The position numbers and the translations under genes were made by a program. The notes under the pieces are model-generated. The model saw only the letters and a program-made list of their open reading frames with translations. It was not told the DNA's origin and did no database searches. A DNA stretch of 64,000 nt. It comes from an uncultured Candidatus Binatia bacterium (GTDB lineage Bacteria > Desulfobacterota > Binatia > Bin18). Positions within the stretch are counted from its first letter, which is position 1, and each line of letters starts with the position of its first letter. The stretch is taken from positions 1,342,930-1,406,929 of the forward strand of contig OZ244620.1 of the NCBI GenBank assembly GCA_965218395.1, in the 5' to 3' direction. Below, one piece after another: positions 19,696-29,122 of the stretch.

Positions 19696-19916
19696 TCACG
19701 GGGCCGTTGCTATCCTGGCAGTTGGCCTCGTACTCGTTAGCAGAGTCCGGACAAGTGGACACATTTGGGCGACGGCAACGATATTGGCGGCGCTGCAATC
19801 GGGTATCGGGCAGGGGGATCGTATGGCGGATGGTGATCTCTTTATCGGTGACGACGATTTTCTGTATCAGGAGCCGTAGGATTTTCTGTTTGGTCTCAAA
19901 GCTGGGCTGCTGATGG
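19696..19916 (-). pseudogene. C-terminal remnant of a large serine recombinase
   Basis: Hand translation QQPSFETKQKILRLLIQKIVVTDKEITIRHTIP resembles LSR C-termini; no catalytic domain. Confidence 0.55.
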
Positions 19917-20012
19917 GCCGACCCAGCAAATCGTGGGATGACTTTACAATACGGTGGGCAGGTACTAGAAGGTGAGTTGCCATAGGGACAGGTGATTCAG
20001 AAGGAGGCAACG

Positions 20013-21233
20013 ATGGCGATGGGACTGGACCAGGTACAACCAGCGGCCCCGCTGGATTTTTTGATGATTGATGCCGACCACCATTACTATGAGCCAGATG
20101 ATTGCTTCACGCGTCATATGGAATCAGCCTATGCCAACCGTGCGGTCAATATCCGCAGAGGCGAGGGCAAGTTTGGACGGGTGTATATCGGCGATGAACG
20201 TATGCGATTTTTTAGCGTCATTCCTGGTGACCACACGGGCGGGCCTGGCGCACTGCAGAAATTTCTCAAGAGCCACTCAGGCGAGGGCGATGGCCTGGTC
20301 TCGGGCGAGACGGTCTCAGCGCCAACGTTTCCCGAATCAACAGACTACAACGTGCGGTTGCGAAAGATGAATGAACAAGGGGTCGAGGCAGCCCTGATGC
20401 TTCCGACGCTGGGTGTCGGCATCGCGCATGAGCTCCGCCACGAGCCGCAAGCCTTGTTCGCCAATTTGCGCGCGTTTAACCGTTGGCTCGAGGAGGACTG
20501 GAGCTTTGGGAAGGATGGCCGTCTCTATGGTATTCCCGTCTTGTCACTCGTGGATATTGACCTCGCAGTCGCCGAACTCGAACGGGTTCTCGCCTTAGGC
20601 GCGCGAAGTGTGAACTTAACGCCAGGTCCGGTCAATGGGCACTCGCCGGCAGACCCGCTGTATGATCCGTTCTGGGCACGCTGTCAGGAAGCCGGCATTC
20701 CGGTTGTGTTTCATCTGGGCAATGACGGCCTGACCGAAATATACTCTTCACAATGGAGTGAGAACCCCTCCCCTCCGAGCCACCGGCTCAGTCCGTTCCA
20801 ACGGGTGATCGCTTCGACGGAACGCGCGACGGCTGACACCCTGAGCGCGCTCGTGTTCCACAATCTATTTGGTCGATTTCCGGGTCTACAGGTCGTGAGC
20901 ATTGAGAACGGGGCCACATGGATTGCGCCCTTACTCAAGGCTATGGACCACGCGGCGCGGTTGTCGGGTCCACGAGATTGGACATTCGGACATTCTCCGG
21001 ACCGACCCAGCGAAATTTTCAAGCGACACATTAAAGTCTCTCCCTTTCCGGAAGAGGACATTCCGGCGCTGGTCGAGGTCCTCGGGCCAGAAAACGTGTT
21101 GGCCGGTTCCGACTGGCCGCATCCTGAGGGATGTGCTGAGCCGATTGATTATGTGGAAGGGCTGGAAGGCTTGTCACCTGAGGTGGTACGTGCGGTGATG
21201 CGCGATAACACCCAGAAGCTCTTTGGCGTCTAA
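20013..21233 (+). CDS. Amidohydrolase_2 family protein
   Basis: IDADHHYYEP, AFNRWL, VFHLG, GSDWPHPEG; AAGGAGG RBS. Confidence 0.9.
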   Translation: MAMGLDQVQPAAPLDFLMIDADHHYYEPDDCFTRHMESAYANRAVNIRRGEGKFGRVYIGDERMRFFSVIPGDHTGGPGALQKFLKSHSGEGDGLVSGETVSAPTFPESTDYNVRLRKMNEQGVEAALMLPTLGVGIAHELRHEPQALFANLRAFNRWLEEDWSFGKDGRLYGIPVLSLVDIDLAVAELERVLALGARSVNLTPGPVNGHSPADPLYDPFWARCQEAGIPVVFHLGNDGLTEIYSSQWSENPSPPSHRLSPFQRVIASTERATADTLSALVFHNLFGRFPGLQVVSIENGATWIAPLLKAMDHAARLSGPRDWTFGHSPDRPSEIFKRHIKVSPFPEEDIPALVEVLGPENVLAGSDWPHPEGCAEPIDYVEGLEGLSPEVVRAVMRDNTQKLFGV

Positions 21234-21265
21234 CCCGACCCCACAGGTCTTTACGTGTCCCACGG

Positions 21266-21388
21266 GTCAAACGGGATATCCGCACCCGCATTGAGGAAAT
21301 GGGCCTCCCCTACACGATCGTGATTCCCGTCTCCCCCGAGTCGTAGGAACTGTTTGTGAATGAGGTCATGCCCGCGTTTGGGTCGTGA
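21266..21388 (+). pseudogene. C-terminal remnant of an LLM oxidoreductase with internal TAG
   Basis: VKRDIRTRIEEMGLPYTIVIPVSPES*ELFVNEVMPAFGS*; the end matches the LLM ELFxxEVMPAF motif. Confidence 0.6.
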
Positions 21389-21414
21389 GGGGACAATATG
21401 TTTGGAGAAAAACA

Positions 21415-22182
21415 GTGAGCGACATCAAGCAATCCGTCCACGATCAGTTCGGCCGGGCAGCCGCCCGGTATAAAACCAGCCAGGTCCATGCCACGGGCGA
21501 GGATTTGGTCCGGATTGGTAAGCTGGTACAACAGCAGGAACAGCCGTACGCCCTGGACGCGGGCTGTGGGGCGGGCCATGCCTCGATGGCTATCGCGCCG
21601 TATAGCCGGCGGGTCGTCGCCCTGGACCTCACCCCGCATATGCTGGAGCAGGTCGAGCAGTTGGCCGCCGAACGCGGCTTCTCTCATATCGAAACGCGCC
21701 AGGGCGATGTCGAACAGATTCCGTTCGGCGACAACAGCTTTGACCTGGTGATCTCCCGCTATAGCGCCCATCATTGGCCGGACCCTCTGACGGCGCTCCA
21801 GGAATGCGCTCGCGTGCTGAAGCCCGGCGGGCGGTTTATCCTGAGCGATACTGTTTCGCCTGAGGAGCCGGCGCACGATACCTTTTTACAAACGTTTGAA
21901 CTCCTGCGTGACGCCTCGCACGTCCGCGACCACACGCTTGCCCAGTGGCAGGCCATGTTTGAACGGAACGGGTTTCGGTCACGCGTCGTTTTCACCTGGC
22001 GCCTGCCGCTCGACTTCCAGGCCTGGACGGCACGGATGGCCACCCCGCCGGCACGAGTCGCCATGGTGCAGCACTTGTATGAGAACGCGCCCGAGGAGAT
22101 CCGAACGGCTTTCGCTATTCAGGACAATTACGATTTTGCCCTGTACGGAGCGTTGTTTGAGGCGACCTGTCAGGGCGACTAG
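21415..22182 (+). CDS. Class I SAM-dependent methyltransferase
   Basis: ALDAGCGAGH, GDVEQIPF, SFDLV, RVLKPGG; GTG start after GGAG. Confidence 0.9.
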   Translation: MSDIKQSVHDQFGRAAARYKTSQVHATGEDLVRIGKLVQQQEQPYALDAGCGAGHASMAIAPYSRRVVALDLTPHMLEQVEQLAAERGFSHIETRQGDVEQIPFGDNSFDLVISRYSAHHWPDPLTALQECARVLKPGGRFILSDTVSPEEPAHDTFLQTFELLRDASHVRDHTLAQWQAMFERNGFRSRVVFTWRLPLDFQAWTARMATPPARVAMVQHLYENAPEEIRTAFAIQDNYDFALYGALFEATCQGD

Positions 22183-22194
22183 CAGGAGGCAGCC

Positions 22195-23421
22195 ATGGGC
22201 ACGATAGTCTTGCGCGACGGTGTCATCTTCGACGGTCACAGTTCCGAGCTGCTCGACGGGGCGGACGTCCTGATCGCAGATGGTGAAATCAAGGAGGTCT
22301 CCGAGCGGCCGCTCAAGACCACCGGCACCCAGGAAATCCACCTGGGCGGGCGTTTTCTCATGCCCGGTCTGATCGACGCCCACTTTCATGCCTATGCCGC
22401 CCACGTCAATCTCGCCAGCCTGGACGACTGGCCCATGTCGCTTTTGAGTCAACACGCCCGCACACTGCTGGAAGACGCCTTGCAGCGTGGCTTTACCAGC
22501 GTGCGGGATGCGGCCGGGGCCGATTTTGGGCTGGCCGCCGCGGTTGAGCAGGGTCTGATCAAGGGACCCCGTCTCTTTTTCTCGGGCCGGGCCCTGAGCC
22601 AGACCGGCGGTCATGGCGATACGCGGCCGGTCAAACATTTTGAACCGTGCGCCTGCGGCTTTCAGGGCCGCCTGTCACAAGTCGCCGACGGGGTGGACGC
22701 GGTCCGCCGGGCGGCCCGGGAAGAACTGCGTAAAGGGGCGCACCAGATCAAAATCATGGCCACGGGCGGCCTCTCCTCACCGACCGACCCGGTCTGGATG
22801 CTGCAATACTCGGACGAAGAAATCCGCGCCGCGGTCGAGGAGGCGGCCTCGCGGCGCACCTATGTCATGGCCCACGCCTACACCGCGGAAGCCATTGCCC
22901 GCGTCGTCAAGCTGGGGGTGCGCTCAATCGAGCACGCCAATCTGATCGACCGGCCAACCGCAGAACTGGTCGCCCAGCACGGCGCGTATGTCGTCCCCAC
23001 CCTGGTAACCTATGAAACCCTCGGAGAGCTAGGCAAGGAGTTGGGCCTGCCCGAGGGTAATATCGCTAAGCTGAAAGAGATCCAGACCGCGGGTCTGACC
23101 TCGCTTGAGCTGTGTCAGGCGGCCGGAATCAAGCTGGGCTACGGCACCGACCTGCTGGGGAGTTTGCACGCCCAGCAGTGCCGCGAGTTCCTGATCCGGC
23201 GGGAGGTCCTCAGCCCTATCGATATTCTGCGTTCGGCAACGACGATTAACGCCGAGATCCTGAACCAGGCCGGAAAACTCGGGACAGTCGCTCCGGGAGC
23301 GTACGCCGACCTGGTTGTGTTTGACGGCAATCCGCTTGAAGACCTCGGCGTCTTACAGCCCGAGGCCGGTGGGCCGCGGCTGGTTATGAAGGCCGGCGCG
23401 ATCTACAGGAACTCGTTGTGA
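22195..23421 (+). CDS. Metal-dependent amidohydrolase (Xaa-Pro dipeptidase-like)
   Basis: MPGLIDAHFH, QIKIM, MAHAY, SIEHA, GTDL. Confidence 0.9.
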   Translation: MGTIVLRDGVIFDGHSSELLDGADVLIADGEIKEVSERPLKTTGTQEIHLGGRFLMPGLIDAHFHAYAAHVNLASLDDWPMSLLSQHARTLLEDALQRGFTSVRDAAGADFGLAAAVEQGLIKGPRLFFSGRALSQTGGHGDTRPVKHFEPCACGFQGRLSQVADGVDAVRRAAREELRKGAHQIKIMATGGLSSPTDPVWMLQYSDEEIRAAVEEAASRRTYVMAHAYTAEAIARVVKLGVRSIEHANLIDRPTAELVAQHGAYVVPTLVTYETLGELGKELGLPEGNIAKLKEIQTAGLTSLELCQAAGIKLGYGTDLLGSLHAQQCREFLIRREVLSPIDILRSATTINAEILNQAGKLGTVAPGAYADLVVFDGNPLEDLGVLQPEAGGPRLVMKAGAIYRNSL

Positions 23422-23468
23422 CGATACGGTTTATCCGCAACCTAGCCCCCGGCCTGTTCACCGAGTCT

Positions 23469-23571
23469 GTAGGTCGGATTAGCGGAGCGTAATCCGACAG
23501 GTCCGGGATGTCGGCTTACGCCTGCGGCTAACCCGACCTACAAGGCTCCACATCATGGTGAATTGCGCTAG
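23469..23571. repeat. GTAG-REP doublet plus CTAG terminal repeat (reverse copy of 13485-13587)
   Basis: gtaggtcggattagcggagcgtaatccgaca..tgtcggcttacgcctgcggctaacccgacctac followed by aaggctccacatcatggtgaattgcgctag; lies between convergent genes. Confidence 0.8.
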
Positions 23572-23573
23572 CC

Positions 23574-24062
23574 CTACACCTGTTCGGCGAGTCGCTGGGC
23601 GGTATCAATCAACGGTTGGGTAAGGGCCGCCACCTCGGGGTCGGCACACATCATAATCCTGTCCGGGTCCGCGGCGAGAGGGTCAACGTCCACATGGCGG
23701 TGCGCAATGCGCCACTGCCCGGCCTGTTTCACCAGACGGTCCACGTAACGCCCCTGGCCAAAGATCTTATACCCGCCCGGGGTCGCAAGCGCGGCCAGGA
23801 CGCTGACCTGTCCGGTCGCCTCGTTCCCGTTGATCTCGTACAGTAAATTGCTGGTCATATGCCGGCAGCGAATTTCCCGCACATGCACCTGGGCATACTC
23901 GCGCAGAGCCGCATGACCGCGGACCACCCAGGTTGCGACCTGAAAACCTCCGTCCGGGGTGAAGCACTGCACCCAGGCTTCGGGGTCCAGGTTGTCTATC
24001 GCGTGGGCATAGCGAGCACACAATTCTTGGATAGCGAGTTTCTCGATCCAGGTCTGTTCCAT
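23574..24062 (-). CDS. SnoaL/NTF2-like protein
   Basis: IQELCARYAHAID, FTPDG, RH, GRYVDRLVK..GQWRI. Confidence 0.85.
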   Translation of the reverse strand: MEQTWIEKLAIQELCARYAHAIDNLDPEAWVQCFTPDGGFQVATWVVRGHAALREYAQVHVREIRCRHMTSNLLYEINGNEATGQVSVLAALATPGGYKIFGQGRYVDRLVKQAGQWRIAHRHVDVDPLAADPDRIMMCADPEVAALTQPLIDTAQRLAEQV

Positions 24063-24238
24063 ACGCACCTCTCTTTCTCCCCACTCTCTCTCACGAATAC
24101 GCCGCCGGATTCAAGAGCGAGACTTGAGGCAGTTCGACTCGGCTGAGGGATGGTGACGAAAATTCCCTATGAAGTGAGAACAAATTGTTGCGGGTTACGG
24201 AGAAATGGTGCTAGGGATCAGGCAGAAGGGCCTCCTCG

Positions 24239-25249
24239 ATGAATCGCTTCGGTATCTCTATGGGTGTCAGTCCCCGCGAGCCGCTCGTCAAGGTCGGGGA
24301 GATGGCCAAAGCAATTGAAGCCAGGGGGTTTGAGACCCTGTGGTTCATTGATTTTCAGCTCGGCCTGAAGGATGTCTATACGGCCATGTCGCTTGCCGCT
24401 CTGGCGACCGAAAAGATCGCCATCGGTCCGGCGGTGACGAATGTAATCACCCGACACCCAACGGTCACCGCCAACGCGATAACCGCGCTGGATGAGCTTT
24501 CAGAAGGGCGCGCCCTGTTGGGGCTGGGCGCGGGTTGGTCGGCCGTACAGGGGGCGGGATGCAAACCGTCTACAGTGAACGAGGTCCGCGCCGGGATAAG
24601 CGCGTTCCGCCAGATGTTTACCGGCGAGGAGGTCGCCCTGTACGGGACGCGGGTTCAGCTCGCGACTGCTCGCCGTCAGCTCCCGGTCTACCTTGCGGCG
24701 GCCCAGCCGCGCATGCTCCGCTTGTGCGCTGAAACCTGCGACGGGCTCATCCTCATGGGGGCCGCCGAGCCGGCCTTTTGCAACTGGCAGCTCAACTCGC
24801 TGTATGCAGGTCTGGAGAAGGCGGGCCGAAACCGGAGCGAACTGACCATCGACCTGTTTGTGACGATGAGCATCAACGAGGACGAAGACTCGGCCCGCAA
24901 TGATGTCCGAGCCTGGGCCACCAGTCAGGCCGCAACCTTCCATACCTGGAAACAGCTTCCCCCGACCTGGGAGCGCTTTCGGCCGGATTTCGAACGCGCA
25001 GCGCAGCACTACCGGCTGGTTGAGCACTTGTCCCTGCGAGCCGGTCACAAAGAAATTGTGAGTGATGAATTTGTGCAGGCCGTCGCTATTGCGGGCAATA
25101 GACGCAGGTGTCTCGATCGACTGAACGAGTTGGCCCGGCTGGATATTGACCGCATAACGTTTGCCCTCCTGTCCGGTGGACGGATACGCCGCCTGGACGA
25201 GTTGGCAGACCATATTATGCCCGGCCTGGCTGGGGTCGAGCCGAGCTGA
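24239..25249 (+). CDS. LLM class oxidoreductase (Mer-like)
   Basis: IGPAVTNVITRHP, GRALLGLGAG, PVYLAA. Confidence 0.87.
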   Translation: MNRFGISMGVSPREPLVKVGEMAKAIEARGFETLWFIDFQLGLKDVYTAMSLAALATEKIAIGPAVTNVITRHPTVTANAITALDELSEGRALLGLGAGWSAVQGAGCKPSTVNEVRAGISAFRQMFTGEEVALYGTRVQLATARRQLPVYLAAAQPRMLRLCAETCDGLILMGAAEPAFCNWQLNSLYAGLEKAGRNRSELTIDLFVTMSINEDEDSARNDVRAWATSQAATFHTWKQLPPTWERFRPDFERAAQHYRLVEHLSLRAGHKEIVSDEFVQAVAIAGNRRRCLDRLNELARLDIDRITFALLSGGRIRRLDELADHIMPGLAGVEPS

Positions 25250-25252
25250 GCG

Positions 25253-25591
25253 TCAGGTCAGTGGGATAAAATCGTATTCGCCGGCCTGCAAAACCAAGAA
25301 CACGACTGACTCCTCCCCCGCGTTTGTCACAAGGTGGGGACGGCGTGGTACCACCGCGTAGGTCTCACCTTGTGCCAGGCGAACGTCTTCTTTGGGGTCT
25401 TGCATAAATATACGCAGACGGCCGTGGAGAACGTAGAAGGTATCCTGGACATCGGTGTGGAAGTGCCAGGGGACTTTCTGGCTTGGGCTGAGCTGTAGTT
25501 CGGCGATCTGAAATCCTGGTCGCTGGGCGTGGTAGACCAGGCGCTCGACTTCCAATAGAGAACCCGGATTCTTGAGCGGTTCCATTTTCAT
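25253..25591 (-). CDS. Cupin domain protein
   Basis: VPWHFH...D.FYVL.G, RPH.VTN. Confidence 0.85.
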   Translation of the reverse strand: MKMEPLKNPGSLLEVERLVYHAQRPGFQIAELQLSPSQKVPWHFHTDVQDTFYVLHGRLRIFMQDPKEDVRLAQGETYAVVPRRPHLVTNAGEESVVFLVLQAGEYDFIPLT

Positions 25592-25804
25592 TTGCTATTC
25601 CTCGTTGACTCGATCTCATGCGTAGATAAACCATGAGAGGCAGGCCAGGCAACGCTGAACACGATTTCGCCGGAGAGAGACACGTAGACAATTATATCTT
25701 GTTTCTTGCCGGGGCTGGTGCTAGGCGGGCACTAGAGGGCCTGGAGAGAATCTGTCCGTTCGCTTTGCATAGCATTAGTCTCACAATAGAAGGGAGGGCT
25801 GACC

Positions 25805-26932
25805 ATGGCACGTATTATTGATGCGGATGCACATTTTGCCGAGCCGCTGGATTTATGGCTCCAATACATCGAACCGAAGTATCGTGACCGCGCTTATCAC
25901 GTCGTGCTGGGGAAGGAAGCGGGGCGGGGGCAGGTGATTGTCGAGGGGAAAGTTTCTGCGTTGTTTCCACCGGAGTGGTTTCGTGATGTCGTTCCGCTCA
26001 CCATGGGCTTCGGGCAAACCGAACGCATCTTGGATCCTGATTTTACGTATTATGATGGAATTCCGGCGGCATACGATGCGGGGGAGCGAATCAAGTGGAT
26101 GGATGCCGAAGGGATTGACATGCAGTTCATCTATCCTACCTGGGGACTGCTGTGGGAAGGAGACATCGAAGACCCGGAGCTGGCGGCCGCACACTGCCGG
26201 GCCTACAACACCTGGCTGTGGGAGACGTGTTCTCCCTATATCAATCGCTTTGTACCCATTGCTCACATCTCATTACGAGATGTGGACTCAGCGGTAGAAG
26301 AGTTGAGGCGTGTCGCCAAGCTGGGAATGAAAGGCGTGTTCATCGGTTCCCGCCCACACCAAGGACGCAGTTTTGGGCACCCTGTCTATGATCCTTTTTG
26401 GACTGAACTCCAGGAGCTCGACCTGCCGGTAGGAATCCACATTGTGGTTTTTAAGGATTATATGGGAAGTGACTGGTATCGTGACGGGGCAACCTCTGAA
26501 GTGATGTATTTTTCCTATATGAGTCGGATGGATACCCGCTTGGCATTTAACAGTCTGCTCTACGATGGCGTATTGGAGCGATTTCCGCAGCTCAAAGTCG
26601 TGCTCGTCGAGTCGCAGAGTGGCTGGCTGGTGGAGTGGTTGGACGGGATTGATCACCGCTATCAATATCTCGGACGGTTGTCTGGGATGAAACGGACAGC
26701 GAACGAATATTTTCAGCGTCAGGTTTGGGTGTCCGTAGACCCGGAAGAGCGGACACTGGCTGCCACAACGGAAATCTTGGGAGCAGATAAATTCTTTTGG
26801 GGGTCAGATATCCCGCATGCAGAGGGGTATACGCATCCGGTGGAGGAAGCCAAGAAGCATCTCAATTCTCTGCCTGAAAGCGCTCAGAGAAAAATTTTGG
26901 CAGACAACGTCGCCAAACTGTACGGGCTATGA
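25805..26932 (+). CDS. Amidohydrolase_2 family protein
   Basis: IDADAHFAEP, AYNTWL, GIH, WGSDIPHAEG. Confidence 0.9.
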   Translation: MARIIDADAHFAEPLDLWLQYIEPKYRDRAYHVVLGKEAGRGQVIVEGKVSALFPPEWFRDVVPLTMGFGQTERILDPDFTYYDGIPAAYDAGERIKWMDAEGIDMQFIYPTWGLLWEGDIEDPELAAAHCRAYNTWLWETCSPYINRFVPIAHISLRDVDSAVEELRRVAKLGMKGVFIGSRPHQGRSFGHPVYDPFWTELQELDLPVGIHIVVFKDYMGSDWYRDGATSEVMYFSYMSRMDTRLAFNSLLYDGVLERFPQLKVVLVESQSGWLVEWLDGIDHRYQYLGRLSGMKRTANEYFQRQVWVSVDPEERTLAATTEILGADKFFWGSDIPHAEGYTHPVEEAKKHLNSLPESAQRKILADNVAKLYGL

Positions 26933-26989
26933 GAAAAACGGCTCACAGGCTCACAGCTCTTGAGTAGAGCAAAATAAGGAGGGGTGCGC

Positions 26990-27439
26990 ATGAAAAAAGA
27001 AGCGATCAATCCCGACAATGTCTGGAAGCCGGAGGACTACTTCAATATCTACCACTCCCCTGGCTTACCTACGGTCCCGCCCGAAAAATCGGGCTGGGAA
27101 CAAGCCGTCAAAAAGGGCAACTGGCTGTTTATCTCGGGCCAGACGCCGACCATGCCGGACGGAAAAACGATTGCCACCGATATGCACGCCCAGCTCCGAC
27201 AGGCACTGCAAAACACCCGGAATATTGTCGAGACCGTGGGCGGCGCGATGGATGATATTGTCTCGATCCGCTACTACTTCAAGGCCGGCTATATGGAGGA
27301 GGGACTGGCCGCGCTACGGGATTTGGGCGGCGAGTATTTTCAGAGTCCCTACCCCTCTACGACGTGCGTCGAGGTTGTGCGGGTGGCCTGGGCCGACCAT
27401 CTGTTGGAGGTTGAGGCCATCGCCATGCTCGATGAGTGA
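26990..27439 (+). CDS. RidA/YjgF family protein
   Basis: LFISGQ, YPSTT, LLEVEAIA. Confidence 0.8.
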   Translation: MKKEAINPDNVWKPEDYFNIYHSPGLPTVPPEKSGWEQAVKKGNWLFISGQTPTMPDGKTIATDMHAQLRQALQNTRNIVETVGGAMDDIVSIRYYFKAGYMEEGLAALRDLGGEYFQSPYPSTTCVEVVRVAWADHLLEVEAIAMLDE

Positions 27440-27458
27440 GGAAAGTTCCCTCTACGTA

Positions 27459-28256
27459 TTACTCGTCAAACGTCGCCTCGACGCGCCCGAGCGGGCCAAA
27501 GTCGCCCAGCACCCGGACACCCGGAGCGATGTCAGTCGGCTGAATACACGTTCCGGTGGTCACGATCTGTCCGGCCTTCAGACCGCCGGCTCGGACCGTG
27601 AGCTCATTGGCCAGCCAGGTGAGGGCAATACGCGGGTCGCCGAGCACGTTGGCGCCGCACCCCTCGTCGGCCCGGACGCCGTTCAGGCTGAGCCAGACGG
27701 GATGGGCGGCAAGGTCGAGCGTTCGCCAGTCAGATGCCGATTCGCTTCCCCAGACGAACAGCCCGGCGCAGGCACTGTCCGCGATGAGCTGGGCGGGACC
27801 GGCGGTGCTGAAATCCAGGAAGCGCGAGTCGGGGACTTCAATGGCCGGATGCAGGCTGGCGACGCTGGCCATGACCTCGTCCATCGAGTAGGCGTGACCG
27901 CGAGGGGGCAGGTCACGCGCCAGCCGGAAGGCAAACTCCAACTCCACCACGCGCATCCCATTCGCGCCGAGGGAGAGCGTTGCCGGGCTGCGGCTGAGCT
28001 TCCCCGCCAGTAGCCGCCCCGCCAGCGGCCCATCCACACCGATATGCGCCTGTCCGGCCTGACTGGTGGCGGCAATCTTCCAGCCCGAAACGGCCTGTCC
28101 TGAACAGCTTGCCAGCCTTGCCTGAACCGCATACCCATCCTCAACGGTCTGCGGCCGACACTCATCAGGTAATCGTTCGAGCTTTCGGCCATCCTGCCAG
28201 ACGTTCCAGAGTAACTGGGCCGCCTCTTGTATTTGCGCTTGGTCCATGAGCTTCAT
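27459..28256 (-). CDS. 2-keto-4-pentenoate hydratase/FAH family protein
   Basis: GWKIAATS, ELEFAF, AIEVPDSR, VTTGT. Confidence 0.88.
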   Translation of the reverse strand: MKLMDQAQIQEAAQLLWNVWQDGRKLERLPDECRPQTVEDGYAVQARLASCSGQAVSGWKIAATSQAGQAHIGVDGPLAGRLLAGKLSRSPATLSLGANGMRVVELEFAFRLARDLPPRGHAYSMDEVMASVASLHPAIEVPDSRFLDFSTAGPAQLIADSACAGLFVWGSESASDWRTLDLAAHPVWLSLNGVRADEGCGANVLGDPRIALTWLANELTVRAGGLKAGQIVTTGTCIQPTDIAPGVRVLGDFGPLGRVEATFDE

Positions 28257-28291
28257 CCAGTCTCAATACGGAACCACGCTCAGTTCCTCAG

Positions 28292-28491
28292 CTAGAGCAA
28301 ATCACGATGCTGTGTAGCGCGTCTCTCTCCTCCTGGAGGAGGGCGGGCTTCCAGCCCGCATGGCGGCCAGGATGGCCGCCCTCCCAGGCGGGGAGCCCCC
28401 CCCATCCCCTCCCTGGCCGCTTGGGGCCAGCCCTTGTCTTTCCCGACGAGCGCGGACGGGCACGGCTACAACTTATCGTGAAACGCTCTAG
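28292..28491. mobile_element. 200-bp MITE-like element, copy 2
   Basis: ctagagcaaatcacgatgctgtgtagc ... gctacaacttatcgtgaaacgctctag; ~96% identical to 13591-13790. Confidence 0.85.
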
Positions 28492-28507
28492 TACCGGGGT
28501 TATACCG

Positions 28508-28987
28508 CTATTGCCCGGCTTTGACTTGCCACTCCTCCGTAATCCGCTTCTCTTCTCCGCCAGGCGTCCAAATCACCAAGGCATGCACGGGGTCCTTGGA
28601 TTTCACCGTGTGACGTGTCGGCGTGTTGGCCGGTACCAGACAGGCCATACCAGCGCTGAGCGTCTGCACCTTGCCCTCACTCGTTTGTTCCATTTCTCCG
28701 GACAGAATATAAAAAGTTTCGGTTGACCGGTGGATGTGGTCGGGCACATCCACCCCAGGTAGCACGACCAAGTACCCGAGCGTCAGCTCTGTCGTCCCCC
28801 CGAGGTGTTGATCGATCAAGATGGTAATTTCGGTCTTCGTGACCGGATCGATGTAGGTCGTGGCTTGTTCGGGGCGGACGAAGCGCGACACCTCCTCGGC
28901 CAGGGCTGTTGTCGTTGGAAGAATGGACACCAGCCCCGCCAGTATCACCGGCATACTCGTCCAACGTGAGAGACACAGGCTCGGCAT
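28508..28987 (-). CDS. Cupin domain protein with probable signal peptide
   Basis: Hydrophobic N-terminus ending ALA-EE; PDHIH..ETFYIL.G; H in motif 2. Confidence 0.78.
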   Translation of the reverse strand: MPSLCLSRWTSMPVILAGLVSILPTTTALAEEVSRFVRPEQATTYIDPVTKTEITILIDQHLGGTTELTLGYLVVLPGVDVPDHIHRSTETFYILSGEMEQTSEGKVQTLSAGMACLVPANTPTRHTVKSKDPVHALVIWTPGGEEKRITEEWQVKAGQ

Positions 28988-29122
28988 GGTTGAAATCTCC
29001 TTTTGACATTCGCTCCCGTTTGGCAGGATAATACCGGACAGTCAGCACCGGAAACGCTCCAGTCCACCTTAGGACGATCACTCAGGCGACGGCAAGAGCC
29101 GTACAGAACAGGAGGGATTCTT

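Noticed and set aside
21344-21346. In-frame TAG codons here and at 59960 as possible pyrrolysine or read-through sites
   Set aside because: Both lie in fragments that are also truncated or frameshifted and are not at catalytic positions; nonsense mutation is the simpler explanation.
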